Part shown: positions 1 to 8,889 of the stretch, one piece after another
Layout of the letters: the number at the start of each line of letters is the position of its first letter
Position numbering within the stretch: position 1 is the stretch's first letter
NCBI GenBank assembly: GCA_030141605.1
Contig: JAQGDQ010001030.1
Location: 4,995-68,994 of the forward strand
Direction of reading: 5' to 3'
DNA length: 64,000 nucleotides
From: Tubiluchus corallicola
Taxonomy: Eukaryota > Animalia > Priapulida
Position numbers and translations under genes: made by a program
Notes under the pieces: generated by a model
What the model saw: the letters and a program-made list of their open reading frames with translations, nothing else
The model's database searches: none
What the model was told of the DNA's origin: nothing

Positions 1-2
1 TA

Positions 3-773
3 AACGTTGGAGTAGATATTACCGCTGATGAACTTCTAAAAAAGTTTAACGCAGTTTGCCTGGCTTGTGGAGCAGCACTTCCGCGCGACTTGAATGTTGA
101 GGGCAGGGAGCTTGATGGTGCCTATTTCGCTATGGATTTTCTCAAACAGCAAAACAGGATTATAAGAGGTGATGAGATATCCAAAGATAACATCATATCT
201 GCCAAAGGTAAAAAGGTGTTGGTAATAGGTGGTGGCGATACCGGTTCGGACTGTGTAGGCACCTCTATACGCCAAAAAGCCAAGTCTGTTATACAAATAG
301 AGATCCTTCCAAAACCACCGGTAAAGCGCTCCCCTGATAACCCCTGGCCATATTGGCCCCAGACACTTAGAAGCTCAAGCTCACACGAAGAGGGGTGTGA
401 AAGAAGGTGGAGCCTGGCAACAAAAAAGTTGATAGGAGATGGTGGCAGGCTTACAGGTGCAGAGGTTGTTCAGGTTGAATGGAAAACAGAGAATAGCCGT
501 TACATCATGAAAGAGATAGAGGGAACAAATGAAATTATAGAAGCAGATTTGTTATTATTGGCTATGGGGTTTACCTCTCCGGTTCATGAAGGCCTTTTAG
601 ACAGTCTGGGTGTGAAATATGATGAACGCGGCAACGTTAAGTCTTCAGATGGCGCCACCAATATTGATAAGGTATTTGTAGCAGGTGATGCTACCATAGG
701 GGCAAGCCTTGTAGTTCACGCTATAAATTCAGGTAACAGCACTGCGCAAAAGATAGCTAGCTATTTAAAATAA
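3..773 (+). CDS. gltD: Glutamate synthase small (beta) subunit, 3' part; 5' end lies before the window
   Basis: Frame open from window start (NVGVDITADELL...). Motifs VIGGGDTGSDC, NPWPYWP, SSSHEEG, VFVAGD..GASLVVHAI. Confidence 0.92.
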   Translation, partial: NVGVDITADELLKKFNAVCLACGAALPRDLNVEGRELDGAYFAMDFLKQQNRIIRGDEISKDNIISAKGKKVLVIGGGDTGSDCVGTSIRQKAKSVIQIEILPKPPVKRSPDNPWPYWPQTLRSSSSHEEGCERRWSLATKKLIGDGGRLTGAEVVQVEWKTENSRYIMKEIEGTNEIIEADLLLLAMGFTSPVHEGLLDSLGVKYDERGNVKSSDGATNIDKVFVAGDATIGASLVVHAINSGNSTAQKIASYLK

Positions 774-796
774 GCTATAGGCTTTCTGTCCTGCTT

Positions 797-824
797 ATGA
801 TGTAAAGCTAAGCTTTACACCATA
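797..824 (+). terminator. Hairpin after gltD, probable terminator
   Basis: TGTAAAGC/GCTTTACA stem with flanking ATG/CAT; no clean U-tract on the + strand. Confidence 0.45.
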
Positions 825-837
825 AAAATACATTATT

Positions 838-1584
838 TTGACCGAAACAGGAGACAAATTAGTTGTATCATTGATAGATTACTTAAAATGGTTAGGGTTT
901 AAAAATGTTAGGAACTGCGATTTAAGTAAATCAAAAACTGATATTTTAGAGGAAGATATACAAGTTAAACTTGATAATGGATTATTGGTAATTGAATGTA
1001 AAGGAATAGTTGGCACATCTACTGACAACCATTGCAGTCAAATTTCTAAAATAAAGACTAGAAGATGTAAAGAGAGGAATAAGCTTGGCGTACACGCACT
1101 TTACGTTGTAAACCATCAAAGGAATTTACCACCTTTAGAGAGGAAGAACCCACCTTTTACAGAGAATCAAATTACTGATGCGAATCATGAGGAAAGAGGA
1201 CTTTTATCAACGTGGCAATTATTCAATTTGTACTTAGAAATTAAAATTGGCATTTTATCGAAAGAAGAAGCCAGATCTCAAATTATTAAACATGGGCTAA
1301 TAAGCTTTAGACCCAAGAACCTTGAATTAATTGGTAAACCTGTGGAAATACTAAAGGGTGGTACTGTTTGCATAATAAAAATTAAGAGTCTTCAACTGAA
1401 AATTGGAGATGAAATTTATTCTGAAAAAAATGGACGATTTAATAAACATGTAATTAAGGAAATTAAAATAGATGACAAACCTGTGAATACTGCAAATAGT
1501 GGAGAATTAGGAATACAGCTTGACTCTAAAATTGAAAAGAAAACCGAACTGTGGAAAAAACCAGCAGTTAATAAGTGGTCATAA
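838..1584 (+). CDS. PD-(D/E)XK restriction-endonuclease-like protein with C-terminal beta-barrel, probably 5'-truncated
   Basis: EEDIQV...LVIECKG motif. TTG start directly after the gltD hairpin. Lower GC than neighbours. Confidence 0.55.
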   Translation: MTETGDKLVVSLIDYLKWLGFKNVRNCDLSKSKTDILEEDIQVKLDNGLLVIECKGIVGTSTDNHCSQISKIKTRRCKERNKLGVHALYVVNHQRNLPPLERKNPPFTENQITDANHEERGLLSTWQLFNLYLEIKIGILSKEEARSQIIKHGLISFRPKNLELIGKPVEILKGGTVCIIKIKSLQLKIGDEIYSEKNGRFNKHVIKEIKIDDKPVNTANSGELGIQLDSKIEKKTELWKKPAVNKWS

Positions 1585-1704
1585 AACATTTGGGGTGAAG
1601 TGATTGTTCAGGCATCCTACCACACATCAACTTTTTGCAACAGTGGATAAAAGCGTAGCCCACTCACCCAAATATTTCATACCGCAAATACGTTGTGGAG
1701 CATT
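1564..1704 (+). repeat. attC-like imperfect inverted repeat (gene-cassette recombination site candidate)
   Basis: Arm GTGGTCATAAAACATTTGGGGTGAAGTG (1575-1602) pairs with CACTCACCCAAATATTTCATACCGC (1661-1685) with single-base bulges. Bounded by GCAGTTAAT and CGTTGTGG. Overlaps the stop of the upstream ORF. Confidence 0.6.
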
Positions 1705-1813
1705 TGGTCGAACCACTATCGTATAAAATAAGCTCATATCGTATCATATTGTCGAATATTTCAGTGAATAAAACGAATCGTATCGTATTGGACTAAGGTC
1801 TTTATTTAAATGA

Positions 1814-1821
1814 TATATTTG
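1814..1821 (+). promoter_or_regulatory. Bacteroidota -7 promoter box of the Fic pseudogene
   Basis: TATATTTG matches TAnnTTTG, 4 nt before the ATG at 1826. Confidence 0.6.
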
Positions 1822-1825
1822 TAGT

Positions 1826-2155
1826 ATGAAAAATAAAGTTCATACATCTTTACTAAGCACTGACTGGGAGCTAATTCGACTGATTAGTCAGATTGATCGA
1901 TTTGACGCTTCATGGACGACAATAGAAAAGAGAGAAGGTCAAAGTTTAAAGTAATTGAAAGCGATTGCTACAGTTCGTAGTACAGGGCTGGCATGAAACA
2001 CATAGTTTGGTAAAATGCGCCTTATTTGCATATGAACTTGTCACTATTCACCCATTTCAGGACGGAAACGGACGATTGAGCAGACTGATTTCGACTTTAC
2101 TTCTGTTGAAACATGGTTACAAGTGGATTCAATATGTAAGTTTGGAGCATGAAAA
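1826..2155 (+). pseudogene. Fic-family pseudogene (nonsense codon, internal deletion, 3' truncation)
   Basis: MKNKVH...IEKREGQSLK* (TAA 1952-1954) then LKAIATVRSTG, then in another frame HPFQDGNGRLSR...IQYVSLEHE. Colinear with the intact Fic at 10734-11798. Confidence 0.85.
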
Positions 2156-2230
2156 GATGGGTTTTGCAAAAGGCCTCAGAGGTTTAAATGTTGGCCGTGA
2201 GTATAAAATTCAGCAATATTATTAATTATT

Positions 2231-3718
2231 ATGACTAAAAGGAATTTTCTTGCATTTGATCTTGGTGCATCTAATGGGCGAGCTATGCTTGGGAGTATCT
2301 CAAATGGTAAAGTCTGTCTAAAGGAGGTGCACCGGTTTTCAAATAAGATGGTTATTGTCAATGGGCACTACTACTGGAATATATTTAGTCTATTTGAGGA
2401 GTTGAAAACCGGGCTTAAAAGTTGTATCAAAGATTACGGTGTGCAGCCGGAATCAATTGGTATTGATACCTGGGGAGTTGATATTGCTCTTCTCGATAGG
2501 GATGGTATGATTGCGGGGCTTCCTAATGCATACCGGGACCACCGTACCGACACAGCTATGGAGGAGTTTTTTAAAATAATTCCGCGTGATAAGCTCTACA
2601 TGATGACAGGCGTTCAACTTATGCAGTTTAATACGCTTTTTCAACTTTTTTCAATGGTGCGGGACAGCTCTCCTCAACTGGAAATAGCCAAAGATATTCT
2701 TTTTATGCCTGATGCCCTGGGCTATTTATTTACCGGCATAAAAAGGAATGAATTTACTATTGCCAGCACTTCGCAACTGCTAAAACCGGGGAAGCCAGAG
2801 TATGAAAATAGACTATTTGAAGCGATAGGTGTTGATTCCGGATTGATGCAGGAAATAGCGCTTCCCGGAACAGTATTAGGGAATATAAAGCCCGATATTG
2901 CGGATGAATTGGGGAGTAGTAAGATACCTGTTATTACCGTTGCAGGCCACGATACAGCATCGGCTGTGGCTTCCGTACCATCAATTGATAAAAACATGGC
3001 TTTTATAAGCTCTGGAACATGGTCATTGATGGGAATTGAGAGCGACAGACCACTGATATCAGAAGAGACATTAAAATTAAACTACACAAACGAAGGTGGG
3101 GTAGAAGGGACAACGCGGTTTCTGAAAAATATAGTAGGGCTGTGGCTATTGCAAGAATGCCGGAGAGTGTGGGCAGCAGAGAAAAGCTACACATGGACAG
3201 AAATGGTTAGCATAAGCACACAGGCTGAACCATTTAGACACCTGGTAGATACAGATGACAATAGGTTCCTTAACCCTGAAAACATGCCTGAGGCAATAAA
3301 ACAGTTTTGCGAAGAGACAGAGCAGGAGATTCCTTCAACACACGGGCAGATAATACGATGTATCTTTGAGAGTCTTGCCCTAAAATACAGGCATGTACTA
3401 GAGCAGATAAAGAGAGTATCTCCCCACAGAATAGAGAAAATACACATTATCGGTGGCGGGGTAAAAAACAGCCTACTGTGCCAATACACTGCAAATGCAA
3501 CGGGGCTGAAAGTCATTGCAGGCCCTATCGAAGCTGCTGCAATAGGTAACATTCTAATGCAGGCAAAAGCCATGGGTGTTGTAGATACACTACAAGAGGT
3601 AAGGGGTATGGTTGAACTGTCTGTAGGAGTAAAATGTTACATGCCCGAAAATGCTTCGGAATGGGACAGGCAGTATCACTGTATATACAAAAATATAGCG
3701 AAAAAGTTGAATGTGTAA
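2231..3718 (+). CDS. rhaB: Rhamnulokinase (FGGY carbohydrate kinase)
   Basis: LAFDLGASNGR, GIDTWGVD, AGHDTASAV, SSGTWSLMG, NYTNEGG, RFLKNIVGLW. Confidence 0.85.
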   Translation: MTKRNFLAFDLGASNGRAMLGSISNGKVCLKEVHRFSNKMVIVNGHYYWNIFSLFEELKTGLKSCIKDYGVQPESIGIDTWGVDIALLDRDGMIAGLPNAYRDHRTDTAMEEFFKIIPRDKLYMMTGVQLMQFNTLFQLFSMVRDSSPQLEIAKDILFMPDALGYLFTGIKRNEFTIASTSQLLKPGKPEYENRLFEAIGVDSGLMQEIALPGTVLGNIKPDIADELGSSKIPVITVAGHDTASAVASVPSIDKNMAFISSGTWSLMGIESDRPLISEETLKLNYTNEGGVEGTTRFLKNIVGLWLLQECRRVWAAEKSYTWTEMVSISTQAEPFRHLVDTDDNRFLNPENMPEAIKQFCEETEQEIPSTHGQIIRCIFESLALKYRHVLEQIKRVSPHRIEKIHIIGGGVKNSLLCQYTANATGLKVIAGPIEAAAIGNILMQAKAMGVVDTLQEVRGMVELSVGVKCYMPENASEWDRQYHCIYKNIAKKLNV

Positions 3719-3774
3719 AGATTATTTATTACCTTTGATATATTCGCATAAGTTTAAAATTAAACAACAAAATC

Positions 3775-4305
3775 ATGAAAAAGCAGATGAGAGTTGAAGG
3801 TGCTTTATCAATCAAAAAGGCATTATTTTTACTTGCAATTGTCACTGGAATTGGGACAATGGTTTCAGCGCAAGATGTTGTTAAACCACGTGCACTCGGA
3901 TTGCGCTTTGGTGCCGTAAACGGTGCAAGCTATGAGTTGTCTTATCAGCACGGCCTGAACACCCAAAACCGTTTGGAGTTTGATCTGGGGATAAAGTCTA
4001 AAAAAGATAACTATAACGCATGGTGGCTGGTTGGTATTTATCAGTGGGTGTGGAACATTAGCAGCATTAGTGACAGCTTTAACTGGTATGTAGGCCCCGG
4101 TGCAAAAATTGGTACCACCACTATAAAATCCCCAAGTGAAACAAAATTCTTTATGGCAGCAGCAGGCAATATTGGCATAGAGTATGTATTTGACTTTGGA
4201 CTGCAGCTATCATTAGACACGAGGCCTGAAATAGGTATATTTAACCACTATAATAATGATTTTCTTAATTTTGAACTAGCTTTGGGAGCAAGATATCAGT
4301 TTTAA
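3775..4305 (+). CDS. Small outer-membrane beta-barrel protein
   Basis: Signal peptide, alternating beta strands, C-terminal ARYQF. TACCTTTG promoter box at 3730-3737. Confidence 0.7.
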   Translation: MKKQMRVEGALSIKKALFLLAIVTGIGTMVSAQDVVKPRALGLRFGAVNGASYELSYQHGLNTQNRLEFDLGIKSKKDNYNAWWLVGIYQWVWNISSISDSFNWYVGPGAKIGTTTIKSPSETKFFMAAAGNIGIEYVFDFGLQLSLDTRPEIGIFNHYNNDFLNFELALGARYQF

Positions 4306-4422
4306 AGCTCCTTTCGCAGAAACAAAACTTATGAGTTAGATAAATAATTGAAAATTTTGCTTGCTTGGATGGATGGAGGTCAGATTACATTGAATTTCAC
4401 CCTATCAGCAACAAACAATATT

Positions 4423-4466
4423 AATATGGGAGAAGATGGTCAAAAAAGCCTGCCTTCTCCCATATT
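4423..4466. terminator. Stem-loop between the OMP gene and wzx
   Basis: AATATGGGAGAAG / CTTCTCCCATATT 13-bp perfect stem. Confidence 0.55.
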
Positions 4467-4522
4467 GTTGATATACAGTATTTTTTTGCAAAGACCCTCA
4501 GTGAAGATGAAGCAGGTAGTGT

Positions 4523-5872
4523 ATGAAACTTTTTAGAAAGCTTCTTAACTTATTTAAGATAGATACTTCCGTATCTATCTTAATGTTAAACAGAATCTGG
4601 GCAATACCAAGATATTCAATAACCCTGCTTCTTATTCAAAAATACTTATCGTTAGAAGAGCAGGGATTTTACTATACATTTTACAGCGTTCTTGCACTAT
4701 CTATTTTTTTAGAATTGGGAATATCAAATGTGGTGCTACAGTTTGTCAGCCACGAAATGGCGCATTTGAAATGGAAGGGAAAGGTTATTGTTGGAGACAG
4801 CAAATCGAAATCACGCCTGGCCTCTATTTTTAAACTCACTATAAAATGGTATGCATTAATAACTGTACTTGGAATTGTTGGGATCACCTCTTTGGGATAC
4901 ATATTTTTCAATAGCACAAGCAATAGCCAAAATGTAGAATGGAAGGGGGCGTGGTTATTTTTTGCTATTGCTGCTTCCTCTAATATATGGTCAAATTCAC
5001 TACTTGGATTTTACTCGGGCTGCAACAAAATAACGGAAGTAGTCAAAGTGAGGTTTTTAGCTAATACATTTTCCTCTATTTCCCAATGGACTGTTTTGCT
5101 ATTAGGCTTTAAGCTCTACGCAATATCTTTTACAGCATTAGTCCAGCTTGTCATCTTTTCCCTGTTTATTTTAAGGAATTTTAAGACCTCTTCCATTGAC
5201 CTTCTAAAATACCCTATTGAGCATGATGTGAGCTGGAAACGTGAAGTATGGCCTTTGCAATGGAAGATTGCATTAAGCTGGATGAGCGGCTACTTCATTT
5301 TTCAATTATTTAACCCGCTTCTGCTAAAATATGATAGCGCAGAATCAGCCGGGAAAATGGGACTTACTTTAATGGCACTGCTTATCATTAGTGATTTTGC
5401 ACTTTCATGGATTAATGCAAAGGTACCGTTTATCGGACAACTGGTATCATTAAAAAAATGGGATGAACTAAACAAAGTCTTCTCATCTTTAGTAATAAAA
5501 GTCTTTATAACATCCGTTTTAGGGTGTCTCACTTTTTATGTCGCTGTCTACTTTTTATTAAACCTCTTTCCAGAATTCAGCGAACGATTTCTAAGCCTGC
5601 AACAAATAGTTATGCTGTCTCTCTCTATTGTCATCATTAACCCGCTACTGGCCTGCTGGGCAATATATTTGAGGGCTCACAAAAAAGAGCCATATTTGTG
5701 GACATCAATATTGTTTGGCTTACTAAATGCGATAATTTGTTTCTATTTAGTTAAGCTGTACGGTACCTGGGGGATTATCACAACACACCTGGCATTGAAT
5801 ATTATTATTAGTTTAGTTATTGGGCGAATCATCTTTGTACGAAAAAGAAACTTATGGCACTCAACAACATAG
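4523..5872 (+). CDS. wzx: Wzx-type polysaccharide flippase (MOP/MATE superfamily)
   Basis: About 12 hydrophobic segments. EEQGFYYTF...ELG, QWKIALSWMSGYFIFQ, YLRAHKKEP. Confidence 0.8.
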   Translation: MKLFRKLLNLFKIDTSVSILMLNRIWAIPRYSITLLLIQKYLSLEEQGFYYTFYSVLALSIFLELGISNVVLQFVSHEMAHLKWKGKVIVGDSKSKSRLASIFKLTIKWYALITVLGIVGITSLGYIFFNSTSNSQNVEWKGAWLFFAIAASSNIWSNSLLGFYSGCNKITEVVKVRFLANTFSSISQWTVLLLGFKLYAISFTALVQLVIFSLFILRNFKTSSIDLLKYPIEHDVSWKREVWPLQWKIALSWMSGYFIFQLFNPLLLKYDSAESAGKMGLTLMALLIISDFALSWINAKVPFIGQLVSLKKWDELNKVFSSLVIKVFITSVLGCLTFYVAVYFLLNLFPEFSERFLSLQQIVMLSLSIVIINPLLACWAIYLRAHKKEPYLWTSILFGLLNAIICFYLVKLYGTWGIITTHLALNIIISLVIGRIIFVRKRNLWHSTT

Positions 5873-6921
5873 ATTCACAGGCACTATTTGGGAAAGAGTC
5901 TGATGAAATCGTTCTCACTATAGCTATCCCGTCTTACAACAGGAACGCTTTTTTATTAAAAACTCTAGAGCAGTTAGCACCACAGCTAAACAATAAGTGT
6001 GAGCTGCTTATTGTAGACAACTCCTCTACAACTCCAGTCTACGAATCATTGAAGCAAAAGAACTATTTTGACAATATAAACCACGTGTACGTTTACAGAA
6101 ACTTTGAAAATATTGGTGGGAGCGCCAACTTTTTAAGGTGCGTAGAGTACTCCAGGGGAAAATGGATTTGGTTGTTGGGCGATGATGATAATGTAAAGCC
6201 AGATGCTATTTCCACGATTTTTGAAAGCATTGAAGAGCATGGGAACGCTATAAATATCAGTTTTGACTATAACTGTCTTGAACGCTCGGAGAGTAAAGTG
6301 GCAAGAGGATTCCAGGAATACCTGGACAAGATGGATATGTTTGGCAAGTCACTATACATATCTATGAATATTTTTCGACGAGATGCGATAAGAAAGTATA
6401 TAAGCCATGGCTACAACTACGCATATACCAAGGCGCCGCATCTGGCATTGCTGTACGTTGCACTGCTTAATCAGGATGAACCAATAGTTGTTGTGTCTGA
6501 TAAGCAGATAGCCCAATGGGAAGAGACAAGCATTGAAGAAAAGTGGAACTACGGCTATGTTGGCTCGCATATGATATCGCTAATGGAGATTGACTCCCTA
6601 TCTGTTGCACAGCGTAAAAAACTGGCGAGGTTTATAGACAAAGACTATGCCCTAAACTACAGGCGTTGGCTCCCAGGCATGCTTGCGTATGCAAAAGACA
6701 AAACAGAAAGGGGTAAAACACTATTTTATTGCCACCGGCTTCTATTTTATAACTCAAAATACCGCTTCTCTATTCTAAGGAAACTATTTCACTACCTGGT
6801 TTACATATCCTTGTATTTTGCAAAAATACCGTGTTTCTTTTTGAACATGTATTTGCGAACCTACGACTCCAAAATAAAACTGGAGAAAGAGTATTTCCCT
6901 CCATTCCAGAACCGCCTTTAA
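5854..6921 (+). CDS. Glycosyltransferase family 2
   Basis: LTIAIPSYNR, LIVDNSS, NIGGSANF, WLLGDDD. Overlaps wzx. Confidence 0.9.
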   Translation: MALNNIDSQALFGKESDEIVLTIAIPSYNRNAFLLKTLEQLAPQLNNKCELLIVDNSSTTPVYESLKQKNYFDNINHVYVYRNFENIGGSANFLRCVEYSRGKWIWLLGDDDNVKPDAISTIFESIEEHGNAINISFDYNCLERSESKVARGFQEYLDKMDMFGKSLYISMNIFRRDAIRKYISHGYNYAYTKAPHLALLYVALLNQDEPIVVVSDKQIAQWEETSIEEKWNYGYVGSHMISLMEIDSLSVAQRKKLARFIDKDYALNYRRWLPGMLAYAKDKTERGKTLFYCHRLLFYNSKYRFSILRKLFHYLVYISLYFAKIPCFFLNMYLRTYDSKIKLEKEYFPPFQNRL

Positions 6922-6956
6922 ACCCGGCCTGTGAAAAGAGAAAGGCAAACACATCC

Positions 6957-7586
6957 TTAGAAAAAATACTCCTCAAGCATTAAACACAAAGTGTGATATA
7001 TCGGGAGATGCAGCTCCTGGATATAAGGGGTGTCGCTTTGAGGAACGCAGATGGTAACATCACATACACTTTTAAACCTGCCGCCATCAGCGCCTGTCAT
7101 ACCTATAACTTTTAGCCCTTTTAGCTTTGCCACCTGCATCGCTCTTATGACATTATCGGCATTTCCTGATGTGCTCAGCCCTATAAGCACATCGCCTGAA
7201 CGACCAAGGCCATTAACCTGCTGTGCAAAAACAAGGTCTGCCGCAACATCATTTGAAAAAGCGGTGCCTAGAGCTGTATGTGAAGATAGCGAGATTGCGG
7301 GCAGAGCTCCCTGCAGCCTCTCCGATATGTACCTGCCTTCCTCTCCAAATGCTTCCCTGTAACTGTTTTTTTCACCATCAGATAGAGAGCGGTGCTTTTT
7401 GAACCCTTTCATCAATTCAGCTACAATATGCTCACTGTCGGAAGCACTACCCCCATTTCCACAAACCAACACCTTCCCCCCGTTTTTATATGACTGCCTA
7501 AGACACTCATACGCTTCCATAATATCATTTTTGCAGGTTTTTAGCTCGAGGTATCTTTCAAGCAGAGTTGAAACAGCTTTTTTCAT
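6957..7586 (-). CDS. gmhA: Phosphoheptose (sedoheptulose-7-P) isomerase-like SIS protein
   Basis: CGNGGSASDSEHIVAEL, TAFSND, STSGNADNV, IQELH. Confidence 0.8.
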   Translation of the reverse strand: MKKAVSTLLERYLELKTCKNDIMEAYECLRQSYKNGGKVLVCGNGGSASDSEHIVAELMKGFKKHRSLSDGEKNSYREAFGEEGRYISERLQGALPAISLSSHTALGTAFSNDVAADLVFAQQVNGLGRSGDVLIGLSTSGNADNVIRAMQVAKLKGLKVIGMTGADGGRFKSVCDVTICVPQSDTPYIQELHLPIYHTLCLMLEEYFF

Positions 7587-7650
7587 ATCAAGGTGTAAGA
7601 GTAAATAAATATGGTCACTTCAAAAACTATTAGGGGATAACCTGGAAAGC

Positions 7651-8553
7651 TTACAGTTGAGCATTTTCAATCATTGATCGAAATATTTTGCGCTGCTCTA
7701 TCATAGCTTTCACTTTATCTTCAGGATTTGTGCGACATTCTAGTAATATCCAGCCATTGTAGTCGATGTTAACGAGCAGGTTCATAAGATGCTGATAGGG
7801 GTAACTCCCAACATTGAGCTCTCTCACATGAACTATATCACTAAGACGGTTTTTTACAAGATTGAAGTTATACTCCAAGCCGTTGCCAATCAGATCCTCT
7901 TTGTTACTATTCCAGCATACACCTACAGATGGCTGGTCAACGTAGTCCATTATTGCCTTAATATTTGGTAGTTCCTGGGTCTCCCTACCATGTACTTCAA
8001 GGCGCACTTTCTGCTTATACTTTGCAGCATATCTGCCCACTTCATTTAATGACCTGCCAATTTGTTCAATAGTCTTCTCTTTGGGCACACCCTTAACAAA
8101 GGCATTGGGCTTTACCTTAACCCCCGATCCGCCAACATCATGACTTAAACGGATATACTGCTTTGTCCTCTCTATCTTTTCCCGCAACCTTTCAGGACTA
8201 TCAGTGTGGTAATCTTCGTTTGTCCCAAGCCCAACTATTTCAACTGAGCTGTCCTCAAACATCTTTTTTACTTCATTAACCCTGGCATCTGAAATGCCAA
8301 GATCAACGCCGTGTGCGTGCTGTGTACGAAGCTCAACACCCCAGATACCGGCAGCAGCACAATTCTTTATAAGCGCTGGCACATCCCACTCTTTACCCCA
8401 CAAGTAGGTAACAAGCCCAAGTTTCATTTTTGAACCCGGCTTAGAACAACATGATGAAAACATCATGGAGGGAAGGAGGCATAAACCTCCGGTTGCCAGT
8501 GAAATCTCCTTCATAAACCTCCTTCTTGAGGCACTCTTTTGATATTTTTCCAT
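7651..8553 (-). CDS. Tat-exported sugar-phosphate isomerase/epimerase-family (xylose-isomerase-like TIM barrel) protein
   Basis: SRRRFMK twin-arginine signal. GVELR, LEVHG, VHVRE, YNGWILLE metal-ligand pattern. Confidence 0.75.
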   Translation of the reverse strand: MEKYQKSASRRRFMKEISLATGGLCLLPSMMFSSCCSKPGSKMKLGLVTYLWGKEWDVPALIKNCAAAGIWGVELRTQHAHGVDLGISDARVNEVKKMFEDSSVEIVGLGTNEDYHTDSPERLREKIERTKQYIRLSHDVGGSGVKVKPNAFVKGVPKEKTIEQIGRSLNEVGRYAAKYKQKVRLEVHGRETQELPNIKAIMDYVDQPSVGVCWNSNKEDLIGNGLEYNFNLVKNRLSDIVHVRELNVGSYPYQHLMNLLVNIDYNGWILLECRTNPEDKVKAMIEQRKIFRSMIENAQL

Positions 8554-8889
8554 ACTTATATTTTTAATTAAAGTCAGCCATAAATAACCCTCTCACTTAT
8601 CGTAAAAGCAGATAAATATTTTGTGTGTAATATACTAAAATCAACCCTGAGGTCAAATGTGTTTTTGCCCAAATTTCATATTATCAGTAGACTTTACTCT
8701 ACTCTCTATTGGCTCACCTTCAATAATATTCCGGACTAAGCTGGTTGCTGCCAGTTCAGCGCTTACCTGCATCAATAGATCCTGCTACTCTGCAATATTC
8801 CCAAAAAAGCTATCAGTAACCAAAGAAAAACTTCAGGCGGAGTTTATTCTACACTCTTATTCTTATCAACAATTCGCTATTTTTGTAAT

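Noticed and set aside
4348-4536. 62-aa ORF before wzx
   Set aside because: TTG start, runs through a terminator-like hairpin, no motif.
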